Source: Betaproteobacteria bacterium (GTDB taxonomy: Bacteria; Pseudomonadota; Gammaproteobacteria; Burkholderiales; Burkholderiaceae_C). Taken from it: 64,000 bases of DNA. The position numbers and the translations under genes are program-made. Below are positions 1 to 9,465 of the stretch, piece after piece (position 1 is the first letter of the stretch; every line of letters starts with the position of its first letter). The stretch lies in the NCBI GenBank assembly GCA_031366635.1, contig JANLOP010000066.1, positions 3,823 through 67,822 on the forward strand, written 5' to 3'. The notes under the pieces are model-generated. The model did no database searches. It was not told where the DNA came from and saw only the letters and a program-made list of their open reading frames with translations.

Positions 1-495
1 CTGAATACTTCTGGTATTTGCTGAAATGCTGCTGTCGCCTGTTTTCAGGCGGCGCTCGAATTCACTAATATCGCCCGGTTGCGATATTTTTGAATTGAGA
101 AAATCTTGAAACTCCAGGCCGACCAAGGCCAACTTGAGTGGGCCGGCCTGCGCGGCATGGCGGAATTGAGGCAGGATTTTTTTGAGCGATACTCCGGGAT
201 AACCGAAATTATATACCGGCTGCGCGCTGGCTGGCCAAGCAGCATGATTGGGGTCAAAACCGATATCAACCCGGGATGTTCCGAATAGGACACTGCGGGG
301 GCCAAGCCGCTCAATCTGATAAGCCTTGACCATTGAAGCGCGAGTACTGGCGTTGGTTTTTATGGCGTTGAAGCCTGCAACTCTCGGAACACCGAAAATA
401 CTGTATGGGTCTACCAACAAATTGATTACCACGACACCGGCAAGACAAGCGGCCAGCAATATCAGAAAGGCGACAATAAATCGTGCCGGGCGCAT
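1..495 (-). CDS. SGNH/DltD-AlgJ-like periplasmic partner of MBOAT acyltransferase (3' end runs off window; absent from the ORF track)
   Basis: ATG at 495 overlaps the MBOAT stop (TGATG). My translation reads MRPARFIVAFLILLAACLAGVVVINLLVDPYSIFG...VLFGTSRVDIGFDP...VYNFGYPG, open to position 1: N-terminal TM anchor plus GxSR and YNxGxxG blocks typical of MBOAT-adjacent SGNH-like proteins. Confidence 0.75.
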   Translation of the reverse strand, partial: MRPARFIVAFLILLAACLAGVVVINLLVDPYSIFGVPRVAGFNAIKTNASTRASMVKAYQIERLGPRSVLFGTSRVDIGFDPNHAAWPASAQPVYNFGYPGVSLKKILPQFRHAAQAGPLKLALVGLEFQDFLNSKISQPGDISEFERRLKTGDSSISANTRSIQ

Positions 496-2138
496 CAAAA
501 TTGCCAATATAGAAATTCTGTCGGCTGGCCAAGCGCCAGGATGCCTATCGTCGCAACCACGGCAGTACCAATTGCCCAGGAAGTGGATAGTTGCCACACC
601 GGCGAACGTCTGGCCAAGCCGTGCGCGCCCTGGGCGTCGGCGCCTCTCGCCGGTTCAAGCGGGCTTTTGAAGTCAAGCGCCGGACGGAATTTTCTGAATA
701 TTTCCAGGGTATTCGGCATAAGCCAAGCCACTGCGAGCAAAAATACCATCCATGCGATGGATTGGATGAATCCCTTGCCGCTGGACCATACCAAGGCCAC
801 GCCCGCAGGCTTCCAGTCACCAAGCTGTATCCCTACTGCGTTTGGCAACGAAACGCCATTCAAGCCAAGCATGCCGCGCATCAAAGTCAAGCCGGCCTCG
901 ATGGAACTGGATCTGAAAAAGGCCATGGCCAACACGACCGCGCAGAATGTCAAAATAAATCCAATCGGGGCCATTATGCGATCATGGCTTCGATTGTCGG
1001 GCCAGAACCGGGGTCGATAGATATGCCAGGCATGATTGATGACCAGATAACTGCCGTGCAGGACGCCCCAAACAATATAGCCATAGCCGGCACCATGCCA
1101 CAGGCCCGACAGAAACATGGTGATCATGGTGGGCAATACCAACACGGACGCGAACGCGGCCAGACTGGTTTTCGAGCCGACGATACCCCTCAGGCCTGCC
1201 TGGCTGCGTTGTCGCGACAAGGCAAAAGCCATCGGGTTGAAGACATAGACGGTGAGAAACCGGACCAGGGTAATGTGCCAGCGCGTCCAAAAATCGATGA
1301 TGCTGGTGGCTTTCAGGGGTGAGTTGAAGTTCATCGGCAACCTTATGCCAAAGCAGCGCGCCGCGCCAAGCGCCATTTCCGAATAGCCAGAGAAGTCAAA
1401 GTAAACCTGAAGCGTGAAGCCGATGGTTGCGATCCACGCATATATGAGTGTTGTCGGTTCGCCATTCGCCGCAGCCGTAAAAATGGGCGATACGTACGGC
1501 GCGATCCCGTCGGCGAGGATAACTTTCTTGAACAGGCCAAAAAAGAACAAGCCAAATCCGACTGCCAGATCCTCGGCCATGACGCGACCGGTTGCCTTGT
1601 CAAACTGAGGCATCATCTCGCGGTAGTGAACAATGGGCCCGGCGATGAGTTGCGGAAAGAAAAATACGAACAGGCAGTAACTTCGAAACGTGAAAAAACT
1701 AACGCGCCCGGTATATACATCCACCAAAAATGCAATCTTCTGAAACGTGATGAACGAAATTCCAAGGGGCAGCAGTATCTGATCGAGTACAAAACTTGTT
1801 CCGACGGTGTCATTTGCAATCTGAAGCAGGAAATTCACATACTTGAAATACGACAGAAATACTATATTTCCGCCGATGCCGAGCAGTAGCAGCGTCAGGG
1901 CAGTGCGCGGGTGCTCGTCGCCAGCCTTCAAGATGCCCCGTGCCAGAAAAAAATTGATCAGGACTGACGGTGTGATGATCAATATATTCATCGGCTTCCA
2001 CCAGGCGTAGAAGGCGATTGAAGCAACAACCAACCAGGTGAGTGCGAAACGAGGATGGGCAAGCCGCCCGAGTAGCGCAAACCCCGCCAGTGTCAGCGGG
2101 AGGAAGATAAATACAAAGTAATATGAGTTAAACAGCAT
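495..2138 (-). CDS. MBOAT family O-acyltransferase (AlgI/DltB/PatA-like)
   Basis: MLFNSYYF start; LPLGISFITFQ, FFPQLIAGPI, FSGYSEMALG, FWTRWHITL and LSGLWHGA (catalytic His) motifs; many TM helices; ends EFLYWQF. Confidence 0.93.
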   Translation of the reverse strand: MLFNSYYFVFIFLPLTLAGFALLGRLAHPRFALTWLVVASIAFYAWWKPMNILIITPSVLINFFLARGILKAGDEHPRTALTLLLLGIGGNIVFLSYFKYVNFLLQIANDTVGTSFVLDQILLPLGISFITFQKIAFLVDVYTGRVSFFTFRSYCLFVFFFPQLIAGPIVHYREMMPQFDKATGRVMAEDLAVGFGLFFFGLFKKVILADGIAPYVSPIFTAAANGEPTTLIYAWIATIGFTLQVYFDFSGYSEMALGAARCFGIRLPMNFNSPLKATSIIDFWTRWHITLVRFLTVYVFNPMAFALSRQRSQAGLRGIVGSKTSLAAFASVLVLPTMITMFLSGLWHGAGYGYIVWGVLHGSYLVINHAWHIYRPRFWPDNRSHDRIMAPIGFILTFCAVVLAMAFFRSSSIEAGLTLMRGMLGLNGVSLPNAVGIQLGDWKPAGVALVWSSGKGFIQSIAWMVFLLAVAWLMPNTLEIFRKFRPALDFKSPLEPARGADAQGAHGLARRSPVWQLSTSWAIGTAVVATIGILALGQPTEFLYWQF

Positions 2139-2395
2139 CTCGAGTCGCAAATGTCATCCGAAGCCGCCAAGCGTGCGCCGTTTGTTGTGGGGTTCTGCGC
2201 TGATCAGCGCCATGCCGTGATTGTTGGCGGGTTCTACGATTTCAGGATGGCTGTTTGTTGGCGGCCGTGATTTTCTGCAACAGCGCATGCCTGGCTGTAG
2301 CCAAGCCTTGGCAAGAATGAGCATGCGATCCATCGGGCAATGAGGCTCGTGAGGGCGTCGACATTCGGACTCATTGCCCAGCGGGCGCGTTCGCC

Positions 2396-4072
2396 TTAAA
2401 CATCGATCCTGAAACGTGGCGCATGGCATTGCAGCCACTGCTCCAGAATCATCAAAATCCAGACCATCTCACCATAGTACCCTGGGTGGCTTGGCAAATG
2501 CTCTTCAAGCAGTTGCCGAATGAACTCGGGACGCACGATGCCGCGCGTCGACAAACTGCCGAGAGAGTCTATCGCCAGTTGCTTGAGCGGCGCATTGCGC
2601 ATCGCCCAGACGCCAAACGGCAGGCCAAAGCCCTGCTTTTTCTTGCTCAGGATTTCATCCGGCAGAAAGCCACGCAGCGCCTCTTTGAAAAACCAGCGCA
2701 GCTTGAAACCCTTGAGTTTGTAGTGGTTCGGCAGGCGCATCGAGAAATCCACCATCGCCTGGTTCAGAAACGGAAAGCCGACCTCGATCCCCGCCAACTG
2801 GGTGGTGCCGCAGACCTTGGGCAAATCACTTTCGGCCAGGGTGAAACGCCAATCAAAGGCCAGGGTTCTGTCCAGCTCGGTGCTGGCCACCGCCTGCGCC
2901 CAGACCTCGGCCTGTTGGCGGGCCGGCGCGCCCTGGTCGATGCGGCTGAGAAAGCCGGGCGCAAGCACCGTGGCCGCGCCCAGGCGGCGCAGCAGGTTGT
3001 ACATCTGCAAGCGCGCAGGCATCGCCACCCGGGCTTGCTCAATATAACCCGAGCCTTTGCGCAACAACGGTGTACTGGCAACGGCGGCGATGCCGAAAAA
3101 GGGTTCTAAGACACCACTGCGCAAGCCGGCGGGCACTTTGTCATACCAGCCAAACAAGCGTTGCAGGGCATATCTTGAATTGCCACCGAAGAGTTCATCG
3201 CCGCCGTCGCCAGCCAGTATTTTGCCGACGCCATCGTCGCGCGCGGCCTTGGCGCAATAATAGGCCGGCAAGGCCGACGAGTTGCCGAAGGGCTGGTCGT
3301 AGGACGCCGCCACATCGGCAATGCTGCGCACCAGATCGCCGGGGGTGACGTAATATTCATGGTGCTTGGTCTTGAAATGTCGGGCGGCCATGCGGGCATA
3401 TTCCATCTCGTCATAGCCCTCGGCCTCGAACCCGATGGAGTAACTGGCCGCCGCCTGGCCGGTGGCCTCTCGGATCATGCCGGCGACGGTCGAGCTGTCG
3501 GTGCCGCCGCTTAAAAAGCAAGCCGGCTGGCCAGCGTCCAATTGGCTGGCGACGGCGCTGCGCAAAACCTCGCGGAACTCGGCCTGCAAGGCTTTGAACG
3601 AGACGCTGCCGGCCGGCTCATGAAACTCCGGAACCCAGTAGGGTGCCACTGTCAGTTGGCCGCCCTCGAACAGCACAAAGTGGCCCGGCGGCACGCGAAA
3701 CACATCCTTGAAAATGGTGCGCGGCGATGGGATGGCGTGGAAATACAAGTAATCAAAGAGGGCTTGCGGGTCGAGTGCGGGGTCGGTATCGGCCAGCACA
3801 TCCGCCCGCGCGGCAAAGTAAATTTCGCCGTCCACCACGCGGTAACACAGGGTGCGGATGGCAAAGCGATCGACCACCAGCAAAACGCGGCCCGCGTCGT
3901 CGCGCAAGCCGACCGCAAAGTCGCCCGTCACGCTGCGGGCTGCGCTGGTGCCGGCCTGCGCAAAGGCCGCCTGCCAGGCGGCAAGCGTGCCCTGGGCGCT
4001 GGCAACGGCGGCCAGGTGGGGGTCAGAAAACTGCGCAGAACCCAGCGCGAAGCAGACGTTGTTTTTATTCAT
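2396..4072 (-). CDS. Asparagine synthase-like (AsnB) amide ligase lacking the N-terminal catalytic Cys
   Basis: PP-loop FLSGGTDSS, GDGGDELFGG, RFPF-like GFPFL and KKQGFGLP motifs; no MCGI N-terminus. Confidence 0.88.
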   Translation of the reverse strand: MNKNNVCFALGSAQFSDPHLAAVASAQGTLAAWQAAFAQAGTSAARSVTGDFAVGLRDDAGRVLLVVDRFAIRTLCYRVVDGEIYFAARADVLADTDPALDPQALFDYLYFHAIPSPRTIFKDVFRVPPGHFVLFEGGQLTVAPYWVPEFHEPAGSVSFKALQAEFREVLRSAVASQLDAGQPACFLSGGTDSSTVAGMIREATGQAAASYSIGFEAEGYDEMEYARMAARHFKTKHHEYYVTPGDLVRSIADVAASYDQPFGNSSALPAYYCAKAARDDGVGKILAGDGGDELFGGNSRYALQRLFGWYDKVPAGLRSGVLEPFFGIAAVASTPLLRKGSGYIEQARVAMPARLQMYNLLRRLGAATVLAPGFLSRIDQGAPARQQAEVWAQAVASTELDRTLAFDWRFTLAESDLPKVCGTTQLAGIEVGFPFLNQAMVDFSMRLPNHYKLKGFKLRWFFKEALRGFLPDEILSKKKQGFGLPFGVWAMRNAPLKQLAIDSLGSLSTRGIVRPEFIRQLLEEHLPSHPGYYGEMVWILMILEQWLQCHAPRFRIDV

Positions 4073-4093
4073 TTTGGCCCGCTATTTTGGCGG

Positions 4094-6646
4094 TCATGCC
4101 ACTACCGCGCGGTCACCGGGTTGGTTTTGCACCACAGCCGCACCAGGCCGCGCCAACGTCGAGGCGCTGCGCGCCCGGACTGTCAAACCCAGCAGCAGCA
4201 TGAAGTAGAACAGGAAGGCCAGCCTGGGCATGTCGAGCAGGCTGTCAAACAAGCCCACCGTGACCAGGCCCACCAGGCCGCCGGCGATGGCGGGTGCGAG
4301 TGGATGGTGGCGCCCCGGGCCCAGCGTGACGCGCAGCAAGGCACCGACAAACAGCGTGCTGAACAAGACCAAACCCACCAGGCCTTGCTCGACCACCAGG
4401 TGCACGCCCAGGTTCTTGGCATGCCAGGGCAGGTGGTTTCGGTCACTGGAGAAAAACCAGCGCGCCAGCCCCTGCGAGAAATCACCGTTGACCAGCAAAT
4501 TGCGGCCGTCTGGCCCGGCCAGCACCAGATTGTCGAGTTGCACCGGCGCGGCCGAGTTCTCGATGCCCACCGAGAACATCACCAGCGGGGGCGCATACCA
4601 GTCGCCCGGTGACAAGGGCTTGCCGTCAAGTGGGGTGCGCAGGTGCTGCCACTGGCCGGGCTGGGCGGGCACCTGCACTTGTTTGATCAGGCAACCGCCG
4701 TCGTAAAGCAAATGCTTCAGGCAGATCTCGAAATGCACCGTGGCCGCCTGCTCGGCGCGCACGTCGAAAGCCATGACCTGGGGCCCGCCCGGCAAGGCCA
4801 CGCGCTGCGATATCCGCAGCAATTCACCCCAGCCAATCATGTGGGTGCCGGCCACCAGCGTGAGGTGGGGGTTGTCGCCGTCGGCTGCCAGCCGGTAGTC
4901 GCCGGGCCGCTGGCCGCTGGTGGCCGCCAGGGCGTAATTGTCAACATAGCGGCCCAGGCCCTTGCCCAGCAGCCACTCATCGGCCGTGCGCAGCAGGGCC
5001 AGGCTTTGCCGCCAGTGCTGCATGCGGCCGTCGAAGTCAGCGTTGGCGGTGGCAAAGCGATCGGTCATGTAGGCGCCGCCGCCGAGCGCGGCGACGATGC
5101 TGGCCGTCAACCCCATCGCGCCAAACGTCATGCCCTGCCAGCGCAGGCCGGCCGGCCACAGCGGCGCTGGCAAGGCCCGCGCAGCGGCCAGGATGGCCAG
5201 CAAGCCGCCGGCCACCGGCAGGGCCGATTGCAGCGCGGCTGGGCCGTTGTGGTGCAGCGCCACCCGGCCCAGGCCGCCCAGCACGGCGATGAAGCCGGCC
5301 AGTGCCAACGCCGCGCCGTAGCGGCCCGGAGACGGTGCGCGGCGCAGCAAAACGAGCATCAGCAGCGCCAGCCCCAGCGCCAGCGCGTCAAAAATATACG
5401 CGCCCTTCGGATGCAGGCCGGCCAGCGCCCAGCCGGCCAGTGCCAACAACCCGCCGGCGATCAAGCCCAGCAGCGCCTGCGCCGCCGTGCAGCGTCGCAG
5501 CGCCGGGGCCAGCGGCAGCAGCACCGCAAAAGCGCCCAGCAAGGCCAGCAGGCCGCGGTAGCCGCTGGATGAAAAAATCTGCCCGGCGGCGAGGGCAAAC
5601 ACCGCCACCAGCAGCCCGGCCGGTGCCGCGCTGGTCAGCCAGTGGCGGCCAGATTGCCGGCGCGCGGCAGCGCCTTGACGCAGGTGCACCCACGCCATCA
5701 CCGCCAGCCCGGCCGGCACCGCCAGGTAGACGATGCGCGAGAACGTGGTCAGGCAGGCATACCAGGCCAGCGCAGTGACAGCGGCCAGCGCCAGCCAGCG
5801 CCCACGCGATCGCGCCACCAGCAGCTCGCGCACCGCAAACGGCACGGCCAGGGCCAGAAAGCCGTCCAGCGCGGCGCCGCCCACATGCATCTCCCAAAAC
5901 AGGCCGGTGGTGCGGTAGTCGGTTGAAAAATTCAGCAAGCCGGTGAAGGCGGCACGCTCCCAGACGGTGGCCAGGCAGACGCCCAGCAAACCCAGCGTCA
6001 TGCCCAGCGCCAGATGGCGCGCCGACCGTTGCGGGTCTTGGCGCTGCGCCAGCGCCCAAAGCGGCCACAGCAGCAAAGCGGCGACCAGGGGTTTGGCCAG
6101 CCGCAAGCTGTTCATCGGCTCCCGGTAACCCTGAAACCAGCCGAATGAAAACCCGCCGGCATCGGTGACCCCACGCGCCATCGCCAGCCACTGCGCCGCC
6201 ACCCACAGCGCGACCACCAAGCCGACCAGCGCAGTGGCGGCCGGGGCCGACGGGCCACGCAAATCAGCCGGTTGACGCGCCCAGGTTTGCCCGGCCCACC
6301 GGGCATAGCCGCCGGCCGCTGCCGCCAGTACCAGCAAATCCCATTCTTCGAAGCAGATCCAGCCAGTCCACGGCGCAAGACCGGTGAGGGGCAACAGTGC
6401 CGGCAGCCAGACCAGCCAGCCATCGGGCCGGGCCACCGACAGCGCCACCAGCGCGGCCACAGCGGCCAGCAGCGCCCGTGGTGCGACCGGGTGGTTGGCG
6501 GCCAATGCCAGGCCCGCCGCGCCACAAACCAGGGCGGTCAACGCCAAAAGTACTGCCTTGCCGTGCTGGGCCTGGCGCCGCACCACCGGCCTGGCGCCCC
6601 CGTGCGGCGCCGGGTTGTGGCGCTCACCGCCGGGGATCATGGGCAT
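4094..6646 (-). CDS. Large polytopic membrane protein, O-antigen ligase/Wzy_C-like, with a periplasmic carbohydrate-binding-like domain (start uncertain)
   Basis: Many TM segments; LTTFSRIVY, WLLGKGLGRY and HAKNLGVHLVVEQGLVG (ligase H-N motif); soluble insert with NLLVNGDFSQGLARW (CBM4/9-like). Confidence 0.7.
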   Translation of the reverse strand: MPMIPGGERHNPAPHGGARPVVRRQAQHGKAVLLALTALVCGAAGLALAANHPVAPRALLAAVAALVALSVARPDGWLVWLPALLPLTGLAPWTGWICFEEWDLLVLAAAAGGYARWAGQTWARQPADLRGPSAPAATALVGLVVALWVAAQWLAMARGVTDAGGFSFGWFQGYREPMNSLRLAKPLVAALLLWPLWALAQRQDPQRSARHLALGMTLGLLGVCLATVWERAAFTGLLNFSTDYRTTGLFWEMHVGGAALDGFLALAVPFAVRELLVARSRGRWLALAAVTALAWYACLTTFSRIVYLAVPAGLAVMAWVHLRQGAAARRQSGRHWLTSAAPAGLLVAVFALAAGQIFSSSGYRGLLALLGAFAVLLPLAPALRRCTAAQALLGLIAGGLLALAGWALAGLHPKGAYIFDALALGLALLMLVLLRRAPSPGRYGAALALAGFIAVLGGLGRVALHHNGPAALQSALPVAGGLLAILAAARALPAPLWPAGLRWQGMTFGAMGLTASIVAALGGGAYMTDRFATANADFDGRMQHWRQSLALLRTADEWLLGKGLGRYVDNYALAATSGQRPGDYRLAADGDNPHLTLVAGTHMIGWGELLRISQRVALPGGPQVMAFDVRAEQAATVHFEICLKHLLYDGGCLIKQVQVPAQPGQWQHLRTPLDGKPLSPGDWYAPPLVMFSVGIENSAAPVQLDNLVLAGPDGRNLLVNGDFSQGLARWFFSSDRNHLPWHAKNLGVHLVVEQGLVGLVLFSTLFVGALLRVTLGPGRHHPLAPAIAGGLVGLVTVGLFDSLLDMPRLAFLFYFMLLLGLTVRARSASTLARPGAAVVQNQPGDRAVVA

Positions 6647-7065
6647 CGTTGGGGCAGGTGGGCGCGATAAGCATGCAAAAAAACAGGCGGTGGGCCGACG
6701 CCCGTCAGGGCATTGGTTAGGCCGTTGGCCGGGGCGCCGGCCGGGCTGCTGGGTAGGCTGCGCTGCAGGCCGCTCTTCAGGCTCTCGGGCGGGCGCCGCG
6801 ATGATAAATGCCCGGGTGTGACGGGGCGAGGCCAAATCAGCCACGGCCGCTGTGCGGCGCGCACCGGGCGTGACATCCTGCCGCGATCCGCACGCGCCGC
6901 GCACCAAAGTCACGCCGCGCGCAGCGGGCGCGCCGGGCAGGTGTCCGACAATCGTCGGCTGCGCCGGCTTGCGGCACGACCCAGAACCCAGCCCCCCCGA
7001 ACCCAAGCCCGGAACCCGATGATGCTTGCTGTGCCCGCCCCACTGCCGCGCCAGCGCAACCGCTG

Positions 7066-8544
7066 GTGAGCGAAGCCAAGGCCGCGGCCGGATTTGGCCA
7101 GAACATGGTCAGCGGCTCGATCTGGATGATCGGCTCGCGCTGGGCCATGCGCCTGGTCGGGCTGGTCAGCACGATGATCCTGGCCCGCCTGCTGGCGCCG
7201 GATGATTTCGGCCTGATCGCGATGGTGATGTTGGGTTACGGCCTGCTGGAAACCATTTCGTATGCCGGGGTCGATCTGGCGTTGATGCGGGGCGGCTTCG
7301 AATCCCGCGATTACTTCGACACCGCCTGGACCGTGCAAATCATGCAGGGCCTGTTTATCGCGCTCTGCCTGCTGCTGTCAGCGCCGCTGGTCGCGGCTTA
7401 CTTCAATGAGCCGCGGGCGGTGGCGGTGATTTTCTGGGTGGCGGCGCGGGCGGTGATTGAGGGCTTGCAAAATATCGGCGTGGTGGCCTTTCGAAAAGAA
7501 CTCGATTTTGCCAAGGAGTTTCGCTTCACGCTGTATGTCAAACTGCTTAATTTTGCCATCGTCGTCGGCGCGGCGTTCTGGCTGCGCAATTACTGGGCGC
7601 TGATATTAGGCTCGCTGGCGGCGGCGGTGATCGGCGTCGTGCTGAGTTATTTGATGCACCCTTACCGGCCCCGGCTGTCACTCGCCAAAATCCGCGAGAT
7701 ATGGTCGTTCTCACAATGGCTGATGATTTCGAGGGTCGGCTCCTTCTTGAACCGCAAGTGCGATGAATTCATCGTCGGCGGTGTTGCCGGGTCGGCCGCG
7801 ATGGGCAATTACCATGTCGCCAATGAACTGGCTACCCTGCCCAGCAGCGAGTTGGTGATGCCGATACGCCGGGCGATGTTCCCGACGCTGTCGAAGATGG
7901 CCGGCCAGCAAGGCGAGTTTGTCGCCGCCGTCACGGCCAGTTTTTCTGCGGTGGCGGCGATGTGTTTGTTCGTCAGTTTTTGCCTGCTGTTGGTGGCGCC
8001 TGAACTGGTCAGCGTGGTGCTGGGCAATAAATGGCTGGCCGCCGCGCCGTTGATCCAGTGGCTGGCCTTGTTCGGAGGTTTCTCGGCGCTGGTGCTGGTG
8101 TTGGAGGTGCCGCTGTGGGTGGTTGGCAAAACCAATTTGTCGGCCGCTCAAACCTGGCTTGAGTTGGCGGCCATCGTGCCGCTCACCTTGCTGGCGGTGC
8201 GGCATTTTGGTGTTGAAGGCGCAGCGGCGGCGCGGGCCGCAGTGTCAGTGGCGATGGTGCCGGTGATGATGCTGTTGACGGCGCGCAGCGGCAGCGTGCC
8301 ATTTGCCAGCTTGTGGGCCGCACTGTGGCGGCCGCTGTGCGCCGCGCTGGCGATGGCCGCCGTCGCCCATTGGCTGCCCTGGTCGGCGTTGCCATTGATT
8401 CCGCTGCGGCTGGCCGCCAAAATCATCTGGTGTGTTTTTTCTTATCCGTCGTTGTTGCTGGCGCTGTGGTGGTTGTCAGGCCAGCCGGCCGGGTTCGAGA
8501 AATCGGCGATTCAATTTGTCAAAGCCCGGCTGCGGCGGGCTTGA
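7066..8544 (+). CDS. Oligosaccharide flippase (Wzx/PST family)
   Basis: ILARLLAPDDFGLIAM motif, 492 aa, about 12-14 hydrophobic segments. Confidence 0.9.
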   Translation: MSEAKAAAGFGQNMVSGSIWMIGSRWAMRLVGLVSTMILARLLAPDDFGLIAMVMLGYGLLETISYAGVDLALMRGGFESRDYFDTAWTVQIMQGLFIALCLLLSAPLVAAYFNEPRAVAVIFWVAARAVIEGLQNIGVVAFRKELDFAKEFRFTLYVKLLNFAIVVGAAFWLRNYWALILGSLAAAVIGVVLSYLMHPYRPRLSLAKIREIWSFSQWLMISRVGSFLNRKCDEFIVGGVAGSAAMGNYHVANELATLPSSELVMPIRRAMFPTLSKMAGQQGEFVAAVTASFSAVAAMCLFVSFCLLLVAPELVSVVLGNKWLAAAPLIQWLALFGGFSALVLVLEVPLWVVGKTNLSAAQTWLELAAIVPLTLLAVRHFGVEGAAAARAAVSVAMVPVMMLLTARSGSVPFASLWAALWRPLCAALAMAAVAHWLPWSALPLIPLRLAAKIIWCVFSYPSLLLALWWLSGQPAGFEKSAIQFVKARLRRA

Positions 8545-8559
8545 GACGCGGGATTCTCG

Positions 8560-9417
8560 ATGGTGATGACGGTTACGCCGGTCCAGCAACCCGACCTCGA
8601 CGAGATTGGTCGCTTCCTGCACGACCACCTGGCCCAGCGGATTTCAGCGCAAGCCTGGGTCACGTCGCTAAGCCATGCCTGGGCGGCGGCCCAGCCCAAT
8701 TTCGGCATGCAGTTGCGCGACGATGGCCGCCTGGTGGGCGTGTTCTGCGCGGTGTATTCAGACCAGCAGATCGACGGCAAAACCGAGCGCTTTTGCAACC
8801 CGCACAGTTGGTGCGTTTTGCAGGCTTATCGCCACGCCAGTGTCAGCCTGGTGCTGCCGCTGCTCAAGCAACGCGGTTATCACTTCACGATGTTCACGCC
8901 CAACCCGAAGGTGGCGCAGGTATTTTTGGGTTTGCGCTTCCGCCTGCTCGACGAGCGTTTGTTGTTTGTCGCCAACCTGCCCGCGCCGTGGCCGTCGGCG
9001 CCAGGCGGTTTTGTTGAACACCGCACCGGGCATATTGCGGCCCGGCTGCGCGGCGCGGCCCTGGCCGAGTTTGACGCGCACCAGAATATACCCTGGCTCA
9101 AGTTTGTCGCTTTCGGCATCCCGGGTGACGAGTGCCTGGTGATTTACAAGCCTGAGCGCTGGAAGCGCATGGCTTGCGCGTCCGTCCTGCACGTCAGCGA
9201 CCCGGGCGCGATGGACCGCCACGGCCATCATTTGCGGCACCATCTGTTGCTGCATGGCCGCATGCCGGTGTTGCGGGTCGAGGCCCGGTTTCTGGCGCGG
9301 CCACCGCGATGGAGTTTCTGCACCCGGCGCCAGCAGCCCAAACTGGTGTCCAGCGCGACGTTGGACGATTCAAAAATCCGCAACGTCTACAGCGAAATGA
9401 TGGCGCTCGATATTTGA
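8560..9417 (+). CDS. GNAT-fold-like hypothetical protein
   Basis: GRLVGVF...SWCVLQAYRHASVSLV resembles the GNAT beta4/acyl-donor loop; starts 15 nt after wzx. Confidence 0.55.
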   Translation: MVMTVTPVQQPDLDEIGRFLHDHLAQRISAQAWVTSLSHAWAAAQPNFGMQLRDDGRLVGVFCAVYSDQQIDGKTERFCNPHSWCVLQAYRHASVSLVLPLLKQRGYHFTMFTPNPKVAQVFLGLRFRLLDERLLFVANLPAPWPSAPGGFVEHRTGHIAARLRGAALAEFDAHQNIPWLKFVAFGIPGDECLVIYKPERWKRMACASVLHVSDPGAMDRHGHHLRHHLLLHGRMPVLRVEARFLARPPRWSFCTRRQQPKLVSSATLDDSKIRNVYSEMMALDI

Positions 9418-9465
9418 CGGGGCATACGGCCGAGGCAATACGGCGCAGGCAATTCAGCTCGGCCG

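Noticed and set aside
2154-2438. 94-aa ORF between asnB-like and MBOAT genes
   Set aside because: No motifs, overlaps the upstream gene end, atypical composition.
2396-4072. AsnB-like protein as a lasso peptide cyclase
   Set aside because: No precursor peptide, B1/RRE or B2 protease nearby; the context is polysaccharide.
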